This document shows, in pieces, positions 7,091 through 16,196 of a stretch of DNA of 42,865 nt. The DNA is from a virus (lineage: Duplodnaviria; Caudoviricetes): IMG/VR virus record IMGVR_UViG_3300010361_000764, positions 1 through 42,865 of that record, one strand, 5' to 3'. Position numbers and translations under genes: made by a program. The number at the start of each line of letters is the position of its first letter. Position 1 is the first letter of the stretch. The notes beneath the pieces were generated by a model that saw only the letters and a program-made list of their open reading frames with translations, ran no database searches and was not told the DNA's origin.

Positions 7091-8764
7091 CTACCGGATG
7101 AACCCCGCCACGAGGGCGGGGATAGTCGCGTCGAGGCCGGCGACGTTCAGCACGCCCTCGTCACGCGGGTCACCAATGCTGCGGCCGTTCGCGGTCATCG
7201 AGACCACTACCACCTTGCACGCGGGGTTAACCGCCCGGCGGTACGCCTCCAGCGCCTCCGAGGCGTGCCACCCACCGGCCCAGGTTTCGTTGTCGGTGAA
7301 GACAACGATCCCATCGGCGCAGACCTTCTCCCGGGTTGCCCACAGGAACGGCAACGCCATGTCGGTGCCCCCGCCGTGGGGGTTGCGGTGCGAGCCGATC
7401 TCGGCGATTGACGTGCGAGCGTTCACCAACGAGGGGTGCACGCTCGTGTCAACCTCGATGACGTGAACGTTCGGCTCGGCTCGTGCCAGCATCATCGCCA
7501 TGACGAGTGCCACCTGGTACACGTTGCCGATGGGCGCACCCGAGGCGAGGTGCATCGCCGAGCCCATGGAACCGGAACAGTCAACGGCTACCAGCAGCCG
7601 CTTCCCCGTGGGCGTCACCGAGCCGAACGCCGCCTCCCAAGCCCGGTCCAGGGCACCGAGAACGGTATTCACCGGCTGCCACGTCACCGGCGGCTTGCCC
7701 GGGTGGGGCTGTGACACGCCGGCGGCGTACGCCTGCTGTGCGAGCCACAAATCGGCGGGGTGGAGACGGGAACGCCGCACGGCCTCCCCATCGGAGAGCC
7801 GGTCAACAACCTTCGCCGTGGTGGGCGCCATGGGCGTGATCGCCCCGTTACGGGTCATCAGGGCGAGGTTACGCACCAGGGCGGTCATTCCGGTGGTACC
7901 TGCTAGTTCCCGCCACGCGGCGGCGTCACGCAACTCCGAGGGGATGAACTCCCACGGGGTACGCGGGTTCGCCGCGATGAACGCCACCGCCTCCTTTGAC
8001 GTGACCAGCCCCTGCGCTGCGGTGAACTGGCCGATCACCGGAATGACCTCGGCGGCGACCACATCGGGTACCTTCCCGCCGATCCACGCGAACAGGGTGT
8101 TACGGCGCGGGTCGGCGGTGAACGGGTGGAACTTGCGGAGAATGTCATGCGCTGACACGTCTTCGCCGGCGGAGGTCTTCCGCGAATTCCCCTTCGCGAT
8201 GCTGAACGCGAGGTCGTCAACATCCGGACGCAACAGCAGCGAGGAGAACAGGCGCCGCGCGGCGCGCCCCGAGGGCATCGTCGGCTCGTTGTCACCCGCA
8301 CGCGGCTTGCCCGCCACCTGGCGGTAGTACCCCCAGAACATGCTGCGGTGAAAACTGGTGCGGATAGCCTCCCAGGCGTGGTCTTCGATCCACAGCCGCG
8401 CCTCGTGACCGCCCTTCGCGTGGGCGTACGCGAGCACGTAGAGGCCGCCGTGGGGGCGGGGGGCGCGCTGCGGGAACCCCGTGAGGCACTCGTGGGCGAG
8501 TACGGCGGCGCCCAGCGGGTCGGCGGCAACGGCGTCGTTGACCCGCGCGAGGTTGCCGAGGGTGTGCTCGCGCTCGTTGACGTAGTACGTGCCGCCGGCG
8601 GTGCCGGTGATGATGAAATCGGCGAGGTTCTCCCGGTGGTTCTTGGAGAACACGTAACCCCCTGCGGGGTTCGCTACCATGTCTGCCGCGCGGCCCGGCA
8701 GGGGCCGTGTCTGGGGGGTGCCGCCGGTCACTGCGGCGGCGATGGGGTCACGGATGGGGGACAC
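7091..8764 (-). CDS. rsr: Ro60/Rsr orthologue (TROVE domain + vWA)
   Basis: MVANPAGGYVF and GTAGGTYY N-terminal motifs, HDILRKFHP, MTALVRNL, SRLHP, vWA MIDAS LLVAVDCSGSM, GGGTD, FTDNETW, VAGLD; GAGGAGG RBS. Confidence 0.95.
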   Translation of the reverse strand: MSPIRDPIAAAVTGGTPQTRPLPGRAADMVANPAGGYVFSKNHRENLADFIITGTAGGTYYVNEREHTLGNLARVNDAVAADPLGAAVLAHECLTGFPQRAPRPHGGLYVLAYAHAKGGHEARLWIEDHAWEAIRTSFHRSMFWGYYRQVAGKPRAGDNEPTMPSGRAARRLFSSLLLRPDVDDLAFSIAKGNSRKTSAGEDVSAHDILRKFHPFTADPRRNTLFAWIGGKVPDVVAAEVIPVIGQFTAAQGLVTSKEAVAFIAANPRTPWEFIPSELRDAAAWRELAGTTGMTALVRNLALMTRNGAITPMAPTTAKVVDRLSDGEAVRRSRLHPADLWLAQQAYAAGVSQPHPGKPPVTWQPVNTVLGALDRAWEAAFGSVTPTGKRLLVAVDCSGSMGSAMHLASGAPIGNVYQVALVMAMMLARAEPNVHVIEVDTSVHPSLVNARTSIAEIGSHRNPHGGGTDMALPFLWATREKVCADGIVVFTDNETWAGGWHASEALEAYRRAVNPACKVVVVSMTANGRSIGDPRDEGVLNVAGLDATIPALVAGFIR

Positions 8765-8811
8765 TATTTCCTCCTCGTGTATTCGGATTTCCCTTCACGT
8801 TCCCTGCTTAG

Positions 8812-8890
8812 GTGCACAGGCAAGTTTGATGGCAACCGGGTTTTATCCTAGTCCCAAACGAGGTAACCGGCTACCGCCCGGCCCGTGCAC
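8812..8890 (-). ncRNA. Short Y RNA directly upstream of rsr
   Basis: GUGCACGGGC-C-GGG / CUU-GCCUGUGCAC; GGUAGCCGG/CCGGUUGCC; internal hairpin CCUCG-UUUGGGA-CUAGG; TATAGT 5 nt upstream. Confidence 0.85.
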
Positions 8891-8913
8891 GCGAAACTAT
8901 ACCGTGAACGCGG

Positions 8914-9055
8914 CGGGGGCGGGCAAGTATTTCGGCTGCCGGGTTTTAAGCGCTCTGCCAAATTGAGCTACCTCCGCCTCGCGGCGGAGACCGGGACTTG
9001 AACCCGGAACCTCTCCATCTCAAGTGGTAACCGGCTGCCACCCGGCCCGCCCCCG
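8914..9055 (-). ncRNA. yrlA: Y RNA (YrlA-like) with a circularly permuted tRNA domain
   Basis: CGGGGGCGGGC-C-GGG / CUU-GCCCGCCCCCG; CCA-CUUGAGA-UGG; AGGUU; CCGGG-UUCAAGU-CCCGG; UCUCCGCC-GCGA-GGCGGAGG; UAGCUCAAUUUGGCAGAGC. Confidence 0.9.
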
Positions 9056-9059
9056 TGGT

Positions 9060-9869
9060 TCATGCTACGGGATGCCAGGTCATGTCCCGTACATCTAGTG
9101 GCGCCCAGGAACCCTTCATGCCGTCACACGCGAGGCCGGTGACCACGCACTGGCCGTAGGGCATGTCAACGAGGCGGGTGTAGGCGGTATGGAGGTGGCC
9201 GTGAACAAGGTAGGCGGGCTGTGCCCGGTTCACCACCCCCTGGAGGCGGTGGGCGTGCCGCGCAGCACGGTCTTTCTCCGCCGGGGGGAACCCGTACTCG
9301 GGGTAGGTGTGCACCACCGCCGAAGGGCAATCGTGGGTGACCATCACATCGGCGTGCTCCGCGCCGGGGGGGAGGGCGGCGCGGATATCATGCTCGCGTA
9401 TCTCCTCGGCGGGGAAGTAGTCAACACCCTCGGTGCGTACGTCACGGTCTAGCGAGGTTGCGCCGCCGAGGGCGAGCCACCGCCGGCCGTGCCACGCCCA
9501 CCGGTACCCCCGCTGGAGCCAGTAGATGTTGGGATGCCCTGGAACGGGCACCTTCGCGGGCACATCTGAGGCACCGAGATCACGCCGCAAGTCCGCTAGC
9601 TGGCCGAGGGTTTCGTGGTCTTCGTGGTTCCCGTCAAGGAACCAGAACTCCATGCCCTCGCGTGCGCAGATCGTTTGCACAATGCCGAGGAACTCGCGGC
9701 CGTACACCATGCGCGGCCAGAACCCGAAGTCCCCGAACTGGAGGACTATTTTGCGTTCCTCGCCGGCGAGTGCCGCCGCTGCGCGGGGCAGCATGTCATA
9801 GGCGTGCCATGGGTTGGCGTGCATGTCACCGGCGCCGACAATGAGCCTGGGCGTGACAACGTTATCCAC
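9060..9869 (-). CDS. Calcineurin-like metallophosphoesterase
   Basis: GDMH, GDFG, DGNHE, THD and HGHLH motifs. Confidence 0.9.
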   Translation of the reverse strand: MDNVVTPRLIVGAGDMHANPWHAYDMLPRAAAALAGEERKIVLQFGDFGFWPRMVYGREFLGIVQTICAREGMEFWFLDGNHEDHETLGQLADLRRDLGASDVPAKVPVPGHPNIYWLQRGYRWAWHGRRWLALGGATSLDRDVRTEGVDYFPAEEIREHDIRAALPPGAEHADVMVTHDCPSAVVHTYPEYGFPPAEKDRAARHAHRLQGVVNRAQPAYLVHGHLHTAYTRLVDMPYGQCVVTGLACDGMKGSWAPLDVRDMTWHPVA

Positions 9870-9940
9870 GTGCCCGCACCTCCCGTTTCACGCCGTTCAT
9901 GTTGGCGTCATCGAGGACCGTGGCGCGTACCGCCTCTTCG

Positions 9941-10516
9941 CTACGCACCGGGCACGCCACCCGTGGCGGGGTCGAAGTGGAGGCCGCCGCGCAGGGCGAA
10001 CAGGATGCGGGTTAGGGCCGTGGTGACCCGCCCGCCGCCCTCGGTTTCGTAACCGTCTCCTACGTGAACGACTTCGACGTTCCCGGTCACCCTGTCTTCT
10101 ATCACCGAGACCGTTCCCTCGGGGATGGCCGCGTTGATCACCCGCCCCTCCCGCCTGTCGGGGTGGAGGTGGAGTTGGCGTTCCTCGGCGGCTAGTTCGG
10201 TGATGAGGTCATAGGGGTCCTGGTGGACGCCCCACGCCTCGTACCGGAACGCCGCGCCAACGTACTCGAATTCCGCGCCGTCGATGGCGAGGGCCGGGAC
10301 GCCGTGCTCGAGGGCAACGGCGCCCATGCGGTGAAGAAGCTCGGTGGGTTCCATGATGCCCCACACCACATCGGGGAACGGGAGGCCCCGGGCGTGAACG
10401 TGATCGGCACGCCTGTCACGGACAATGTAATACAACTCGGGTGGCTCGTCCCATTCGGTGCGGGACGCTAGTACCTCGCGGAGCGCGGTTTCCACCATGC
10501 CCCTGATGTCGGTCAT
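9941..10516 (-). CDS. Hypothetical protein
   Basis: Clean ORF with RBS; contains LHLHPDRRE motif. Confidence 0.65.
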   Translation of the reverse strand: MTDIRGMVETALREVLASRTEWDEPPELYYIVRDRRADHVHARGLPFPDVVWGIMEPTELLHRMGAVALEHGVPALAIDGAEFEYVGAAFRYEAWGVHQDPYDLITELAAEERQLHLHPDRREGRVINAAIPEGTVSVIEDRVTGNVEVVHVGDGYETEGGGRVTTALTRILFALRGGLHFDPATGGVPGA

Positions 10517-10534
10517 TCCCTGTTCCCCTCTTGC

Positions 10535-10717
10535 TTATCCGTATTTTTTCCCGGCGCGCATTTTCGCCCTGCATTCCCCGCAGGTGACACGCCTGTTACC
10601 GCGTCCGTGCGCGTAGGTGGTGACGTGCACGCCGGCGACGTCAAGGCCGCAGGCGGTCTGTTGCGCCTGCGGAGCTGGACGCCAATGCCGCAACCCGTCT
10701 CCCGTTTTTGCCGTCAT
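10535..10717 (-). CDS. Small Zn-finger-like protein
   Basis: H...TACG...VTCGEC; RBS GAAGGGAAGCGGGA. Confidence 0.55.
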   Translation of the reverse strand: MTAKTGDGLRHWRPAPQAQQTACGLDVAGVHVTTYAHGRGNRRVTCGECRAKMRAGKKYG

Positions 10718-11048
10718 TCCCGCTTCCCTTCAGCACCCCGGAGAGGAGTGACTCCCAGTCACGCGGGTGCGCCGCCTCTGCCATGGCCTCCTCGGGGGTG
10801 CGCGGCACCAAGGGGACCGGGGTGTCACCCCGGAGGCCCAGGGCGTCCATCATTTCCGCCATCAGGTGCGCGTCACGGCGGTGGTTGCGGTGACGGCACG
10901 CCTCATCCCCCGGGCGGACACGGGAACAGCCGTGCCGGTTCGCCATGCGGCGGACCAGCACGGCTGCGTCACCGGCATCGGCCTCGGAGGTGGTGACATC
11001 ACCTCCGAGGCCGTCAATGTCGGCTACAACGGTGCCGCGTTCCGACAC
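10641..11048 (-). CDS. Hypothetical protein
   Basis: ORF in operon order; overlaps the next gene by 77 nt. Confidence 0.4.
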   Translation of the reverse strand: MSERGTVVADIDGLGGDVTTSEADAGDAAVLVRRMANRHGCSRVRPGDEACRHRNHRRDAHLMAEMMDALGLRGDTPVPLVPRTPEEAMAEAAHPRDWESLLSGVLKGSGNDGKNGRRVAALASSSAGATDRLRP

Positions 11049-11054
11049 AGCCGC

Positions 11055-12161
11055 CTATCCCTCCGCGACGTCTCCCCGGCGGGCGAGGCGCCGGCGCAAC
11101 ATCCGGTTTTCCGCCTGCAACCGCTCGATAACCACGTCGCTGTCAATGTCGGCGCGCTCGATTTCCGCGCGCACCTCCTGGGTGATGAGCGCCCGGAGGC
11201 CCTGCATGAACATCCCCGCCGCGTCGGAGAACCCCGCCTCGGCAGGGGGTTCCCCGCCGTCACGGAACACGGGCACCACGGGCTCGGCCACGGGTACCGC
11301 CGCCTGGAGGGGAACCCCGGGCTCAACGATAGCCTTTGCGGAACCCTCGGGCATCCCGGGCAGGCGGAACACGGGCGTCTCGGGTGACGTTGGGTACGCC
11401 ACGCTAAGGTCACCGGCCTCCACCATGTCGAACGCGGCACGGCGAAGGATTTCCACCGACCCGGTGAACCCGGCGGCGGCTGCGGCGTCGGAGATGTGAA
11501 TCATCCGCGCCGGCTCCCCGGACGTTTCCAGTGCCCACCGTATCCAGCCGGCGGCGGTGCGGTGCTCCTTCAGCCCGTGATGGGTGCGTTCCCGGGCGCT
11601 GCGGAACGCGGGGGCGTTACACCCGGGCCACGTGCAAGCGTAACTCACCTGGACGGGCGCGGGGGCGCGGTCAAGGCCCAGTTCCTCGCGGGTCACCTTC
11701 GTAGCTCCCGGCTTTCCCCGGGTGGTGCGGGCGTGGGGGAGCTCGCGGATGCCCTCGGCGAACGTCTCGCTCACCCACCACGTACTGGGACGGGTGTTAG
11801 TGCCGTGCTCGATGCACGCCATGTTCCCGCCGTCGCGGAGGTAACCCTGGATAGCGCGGCGCACCGCCTCCGCGTCATGCTCCTGCGCGCGGTAACGCGG
11901 CCACTGCTGTTCCGCGATGGCGGAGACGTTGACCTTCAACCGCAGGCCGGGCCGGTCACCGTGGGAGAGGTAGGTGGCGGGGGTGTCACCGGTCTGGCGT
12001 GTCATGTCAGCGTGGTGGCGCACCGCCTGCCACAACAGCCGCGCGTTCACCGCGAGGTTCCCGCCCGTGATATCGGGCAGGCCCCCCTCGGAGGCGGGGA
12101 TGTTCTCGCCCCTCATGGCCACGTGCGCCAGCCTGGCGAACGTGTTCCCGTTGTCTGGCAT
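11055..12161 (-). CDS. Hypothetical protein (C2H2-like finger, possible winged HTH, C-terminal coiled coil)
   Basis: CTWPGC...H...H motif; start after GGGAAGGGAAACG. Confidence 0.6.
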   Translation of the reverse strand: MPDNGNTFARLAHVAMRGENIPASEGGLPDITGGNLAVNARLLWQAVRHHADMTRQTGDTPATYLSHGDRPGLRLKVNVSAIAEQQWPRYRAQEHDAEAVRRAIQGYLRDGGNMACIEHGTNTRPSTWWVSETFAEGIRELPHARTTRGKPGATKVTREELGLDRAPAPVQVSYACTWPGCNAPAFRSARERTHHGLKEHRTAAGWIRWALETSGEPARMIHISDAAAAAGFTGSVEILRRAAFDMVEAGDLSVAYPTSPETPVFRLPGMPEGSAKAIVEPGVPLQAAVPVAEPVVPVFRDGGEPPAEAGFSDAAGMFMQGLRALITQEVRAEIERADIDSDVVIERLQAENRMLRRRLARRGDVAEG

Positions 12162-12208
12162 TTTCGTTTCCCTTCCCAATTGTTGCGCGGGGGACCGCGC
12201 CGGATCGC

Positions 12209-12784
12209 CTACAGCCTCACCGGCGTGGTTGCCGCCTCCCTGATTTCCGGGTCACGTGACGCAGCTACCTGCAACAGCCTCTGGGCGGGCCCGGATAGCC
12301 GCCCGGGGGCACGCCCGGGACCATCCCGAAGCGCCTCAATGACCTCGCCCGGCGTGATGCACCTATGCGCCGTGTGCCGGTTTGATTCCATGCGAATCAC
12401 GTCTTCGGGTCCCAGGCGCGAGAGGGGCGCGGGCCGGCAATCGCGGCACGGCTCGGCGTCCTCGGGCACCTCCTCGGCCCCGGCTGTCACGGGCACGCCC
12501 TTGGCGCGGCACGTGTTGGTATCAGCGCCACGGTGGTACACCAGGCTCACGCCCACGGAATGAACAATGTAAGCACCGGGGGTGCCATCATCGTCGACCT
12601 CGCGGTAGAGGTAGAGGTCGAGCCACCTGGGGCCGGTTGGCCTCTCGTTTGTCACCTCGGCTAGCAGGTACCCGTTGAAGGTGACCGGGGCAAGGCCGTC
12701 TTTCACGGCCGTAACCGGCCCGGCCTTCGGGGTTTCCTGCCGAATAGTCATATCGCTGCCCATCCTTTCCGTTCGCGTTCCCAT
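12209..12784 (-). CDS. Hypothetical protein
   Basis: Clean ORF with RWLDLYLY and H..C..CxxC motifs; start uncertain (possibly 12751). Confidence 0.6.
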   Translation of the reverse strand: MGTRTERMGSDMTIRQETPKAGPVTAVKDGLAPVTFNGYLLAEVTNERPTGPRWLDLYLYREVDDDGTPGAYIVHSVGVSLVYHRGADTNTCRAKGVPVTAGAEEVPEDAEPCRDCRPAPLSRLGPEDVIRMESNRHTAHRCITPGEVIEALRDGPGRAPGRLSGPAQRLLQVAASRDPEIREAATTPVRL

Positions 12785-12902
12785 GGGGCGTAACCCGTAA
12801 CCCGGGCACCCCGGGGCACACCACGAAGCCTACCATCTATCACGTAAGGGCACGTCAAGGGGCATGCGCACCGTGTCGCTCCCTGCGGTTAGGATCGCAG
12901 GC

Positions 12903-13406
12903 GTGAACGATAACGCAACCGGCGCCCCCGGAATTCCCGCTATCACCCGCTCCGATGTCGAGCGTGCCCTATGGTCCCTCACGGGGTGGGGCGGTGACCA
13001 GTCTGTCATTGACGGCCTCATGATCATAATTGACTCCTACGCCGTGCTCATGGGCGGGGAGTTCCGCGCCGCCGACCCGGTGGTACGCGAGAACTGGGCG
13101 CACCTCCTCGTGACCCTCGCCGCGCAGATCACCGATTCGGGTGCCCGGATGCACCTCGCCGTGCCCTCGCCAGCCGCTGATCTTGGCGTGGCACCGGAAC
13201 CCGCGTCACCCGTTGCTGTTCCCCCGCTCCCCGAACCGGAACCATTCGGCCCCGACCTTCCGTGCCGCGTCTGCGGGCTCGCCAAGCCCGCCGATGCGTT
13301 CTCCGTTGACCGGGCACGCCCCACGGGCCGCAAAAGCATCTGCAAGGACTGCCAGAAGAGCGCGCGGGCCAAGGCGTCCGGGCGAAGTGTCAGGGGCGCC
13401 GCCTAG
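12903..13406 (+). CDS. Hypothetical protein with C-terminal CxxC...CxxC finger
   Basis: CRVCGLAKPADAF...SICKDC resembles the N-terminal finger of the HNH protein at 39684-40208. Confidence 0.6.
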   Translation: MNDNATGAPGIPAITRSDVERALWSLTGWGGDQSVIDGLMIIIDSYAVLMGGEFRAADPVVRENWAHLLVTLAAQITDSGARMHLAVPSPAADLGVAPEPASPVAVPPLPEPEPFGPDLPCRVCGLAKPADAFSVDRARPTGRKSICKDCQKSARAKASGRSVRGAA

Positions 13407-13446
13407 CATCAGGGTGGCGTTAGGCACCGACACGAAGGGAAACGGG

Positions 13447-14376
13447 ATGATGCACGCCGTGGAACTCCTCCCCCCGGGCGCTGATCGTTATGACCGCGAG
13501 ACGTGGCTGGCGTTGCGCCGAACCGGGGTCACCGCCAGCGAGATAGCGGCGATCACGGGCTGCGCCCCCCTGGGGTGGGCGAGCGCGTTCTCGTTGTGGG
13601 CGGACAAAACAGGCATCCTTGAGCTCGCCGATGACCCGTCTCCGGCGATGCGCCTCGGCACGTACATGGAGCCGTTTGTCTTGGGGGAGTTCACCATGGC
13701 AACGGGTCACGAGGTCACCCGCGCCGGCCTTTGCGCCCACCCGGAGCGCCTCTGGCAGTTGGCTACCCCCGACGGCGTCACCGCCGGGGGGTGGCCCGTC
13801 GAAGCGAAAACCTCGGGGGGGTATGACGGGTGGGGCGAGGGCGGCTCGGGTGATGTTCCCCCGCATTACGCCGCGCAACTGCTCTGGCAGATGGATGTGC
13901 TGGGCGCAGATAGGGGCTTCGTTGCGTGCCTCTTCTTCCCCTCCCGCTCGGTGCGGGTGTATGAATTGACCTACGACGGCGCGGCGGCGGCGGCGTTGCG
14001 GGACGCCGCCGCCGCATTCCTCGAAGCGGTACGCACCGAGACCCCCCCGGATATTGACGGCACCATGGCCACGGCCCGCGCCCTGCGGGGCATGTACGCC
14101 GTTGACGCGGCCGACACGGCGGTGATTTCCCGCCGCCTCCTTCTTCGTTACGGCGCGGCGTTGCGCCGCCGCGCTGACGCGGAACGCGACACCCGCGAAC
14201 TTGAGAACCTGGTACGGGCGGCGATGGGGACGGCGCGCACGGGTTTTGATTCCAAAACGGGGAAACCCGTGGTGACACGCTCGGTGTATTACACGAAGGA
14301 GCACGTGCGGAAAGCTGCGGTCGTGGACCGCATTACCTACCGAAGGGAACGGGATGATGACAGCAACCGAGGTTAA
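13447..14376 (+). CDS. YqaJ/lambda-exonuclease family recombination nuclease
   Basis: WLALRRTGVTASEIAAI, GTYMEP, ATPDG, EAKT and HYAAQLLWQM motifs. Confidence 0.9.
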   Translation: MMHAVELLPPGADRYDRETWLALRRTGVTASEIAAITGCAPLGWASAFSLWADKTGILELADDPSPAMRLGTYMEPFVLGEFTMATGHEVTRAGLCAHPERLWQLATPDGVTAGGWPVEAKTSGGYDGWGEGGSGDVPPHYAAQLLWQMDVLGADRGFVACLFFPSRSVRVYELTYDGAAAAALRDAAAAFLEAVRTETPPDIDGTMATARALRGMYAVDAADTAVISRRLLLRYGAALRRRADAERDTRELENLVRAAMGTARTGFDSKTGKPVVTRSVYYTKEHVRKAAVVDRITYRRERDDDSNRG

Positions 14377-15247
14377 CGAGGAAACACGGCCCGGCACGGA
14401 GGTTGCGGTGACCGCGCCCCTTGGCCTTAGCCGGCGCCGCACCCTGACCGAGAAACTCCTTTACGCCCGGGAAATGGCCGCATCTGGCCTGTTGCCGAAG
14501 GCGTACCAGCGCCAGCCCTCCAACATCCTCTGGGCCCTCGAATACGCGGAAATGCTCGGCATTCCCGCGATGGCGGCTATCACCGGCATTCACGTCATTG
14601 ACGGGAAGCCCACTGCTTCCGCCGGCCTGATCTCCGGCCTGGTGCGCCGCGCTGGCCACAAACTCCGCCTCAAAGTCGCCCCGGACGGCCAATCGGCTAC
14701 GTGCATGATCATCCGGTCAGATGACCCGGAATGGGTGTTCGAGGTTACGTGGACGATGGCGATGGCCCGCGAGGCTGGCCTGGCGGGCAAGGAGAACTGG
14801 CGGAAGTACCCTACCGCCATGCTGAAGCACCGGGCGGTGACCGCGTGCGCGCGTGACGCTTGCGAGGAGGCGCTGTTCGGGTTGCATTACACCCCCGAGG
14901 AGCTGGGCGCCATCGTTGACGAGGACGGCGACCCCCTAGCCCCCGCCGGTGACGGGTACGGCGGCGAGGATGACACCCGGGGCGAGGACGAGGTGGCGGC
15001 ACCGGCCCAGTTGCGCGCCATCGGCACCCTCCTTGAGCAGATGGGCGTCACCGACCCCGAGGAGCAGCAGGGGGTCGTGAACCGCCTCGCGGGGATCGTG
15101 CACAACGCCCAACTCCCCAAGGTCGAGGCCACGCGGATCATGCGCTCCCTCGCGGCGTGCGGCCGTGACCCGGAACGCCTCGGCGCCCTGTTGAACGCGG
15201 CGCCCGCAGATGCGGAGGTGGTGATGGACACAGATGAGCCCGCCTAA
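14354..15247 (+). CDS. RecT/Bet-like single-strand annealing protein
   Basis: IHVIDGKP, AREAGL..KENWRKYPTAMLKHRA, LHYTPEEL; adjacent to the exonuclease. Confidence 0.8.
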   Translation: MMTATEVNEETRPGTEVAVTAPLGLSRRRTLTEKLLYAREMAASGLLPKAYQRQPSNILWALEYAEMLGIPAMAAITGIHVIDGKPTASAGLISGLVRRAGHKLRLKVAPDGQSATCMIIRSDDPEWVFEVTWTMAMAREAGLAGKENWRKYPTAMLKHRAVTACARDACEEALFGLHYTPEELGAIVDEDGDPLAPAGDGYGGEDDTRGEDEVAAPAQLRAIGTLLEQMGVTDPEEQQGVVNRLAGIVHNAQLPKVEATRIMRSLAACGRDPERLGALLNAAPADAEVVMDTDEPA

Positions 15248-15488
15248 CCTCTACGTTGTGCGCACCGGTCGGAACTACGCCGCTGACATGACCGCCGAGC
15301 TCGCCCGTGCCCGTGACCCGTCTGGGTGGATCAACGCGGTACGCGCCCAGGAGTTGATTGATGACCTGGAGGCCAATGACCCGGACCTGCTCAACGGGTG
15401 GATGCGAACCCTCGCCATCCCGGTGATCGCGAAGCTAATCGCCTCCGGCGAGGGGTTGCACGTCATCGAGGGTGACGCCCGGGCATGA
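15234..15488 (+). CDS. Hypothetical protein
   Basis: Overlaps both neighbours in operon fashion. Confidence 0.55.
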   Translation: MSPPNLYVVRTGRNYAADMTAELARARDPSGWINAVRAQELIDDLEANDPDLLNGWMRTLAIPVIAKLIASGEGLHVIEGDARA

Positions 15489-15835
15489 GTGGGTACGCGG
15501 CTGCCATGCCGGAACGTGAACTTTCGGAAAACGTTCGCGCCCTGGCAGCCGCGTACCGTATCCCCGCGTATCACACCTACCGGTCACGGAACTCCGCGCC
15601 GGGTTTCCCCGATTGGGTGTTCGCGGGAACCCGGGTGCTGTTCCGGGAACTCAAAACCGCGAAGGGCCGCCTCACCTCTCCGCAACGGGAGTGGGAGGCG
15701 GCCCTTCGCGGCGCTGGCGCCGATTACGGGGTGTGGCGGCCGGCGGATTGGCTTGACGGCACCATCACCGCCGAGTTGGCCGCTATCAGGCCTGTGCCGC
15801 GAGGAACCGGCCCGCCGTCTCGGCGGCCCCGGTGA
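15485..15835 (+). CDS. VRR-NUC domain nuclease (resolvase-like)
   Basis: PGFPD, FRELKTAKGRLTSPQREW and VWRP motifs. Confidence 0.85.
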   Translation: MSGYAAAMPERELSENVRALAAAYRIPAYHTYRSRNSAPGFPDWVFAGTRVLFRELKTAKGRLTSPQREWEAALRGAGADYGVWRPADWLDGTITAELAAIRPVPRGTGPPSRRPR

Positions 15836-16130
15836 ACTTCCCCTCGAACGCCTCGCCCCAGGAGGCACCCTCGGCTAGCCGGTCGAACGCCACCCGGCTG
15901 TCATCGGGGAGAGGCTCTGTGGTGGCGGCCACAACGGGCCACGCCTCGCACAGAACGGCCACCACGCCCTCGGCGGGCACGTACAACAGGTCGCCGCTGC
16001 TGATTTCGTCGCAGCACTGTGAGGCGTCGTAGGCGGTGCCGCTGTCGCTGTCGAAGGTGTGCACCTTCGCGCCCTCGAACGTGGTGGTACCGAACCCGAA
16101 GATCTCCTCGCAGGTCATCTCGTTTGTCAT
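15786..16130 (-). CDS. Hypothetical protein
   Basis: Acidic ORF with its own RBS and an upstream GGAAT-N18-GTT motif. Confidence 0.65.
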   Translation of the reverse strand: MTNEMTCEEIFGFGTTTFEGAKVHTFDSDSGTAYDASQCCDEISSGDLLYVPAEGVVAVLCEAWPVVAATTEPLPDDSRVAFDRLAEGASWGEAFEGKFTGAAETAGRFLAAQA

Positions 16131-16170
16131 CTCGCGTTTCCCTTCCCGTTCGTACCCGTACGCACTGGTG

Positions 16171-16196
16171 AACGTGCGCGGGGCGCGTGCTATTCC
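16171..16196 (-). promoter_or_regulatory. SigR/SigH-like promoter
   Basis: GGAAT-AGCACGCGCCCCGCGCAC(18)-GTT. Confidence 0.6.

Noticed and set aside
12780-12830. cgtaacccgtaacccggg region as a sixth Y RNA
   Set aside because: It lacks the GGGC-C-GG/CUUGCCC terminal helix and is more likely part of the divergent promoter region.
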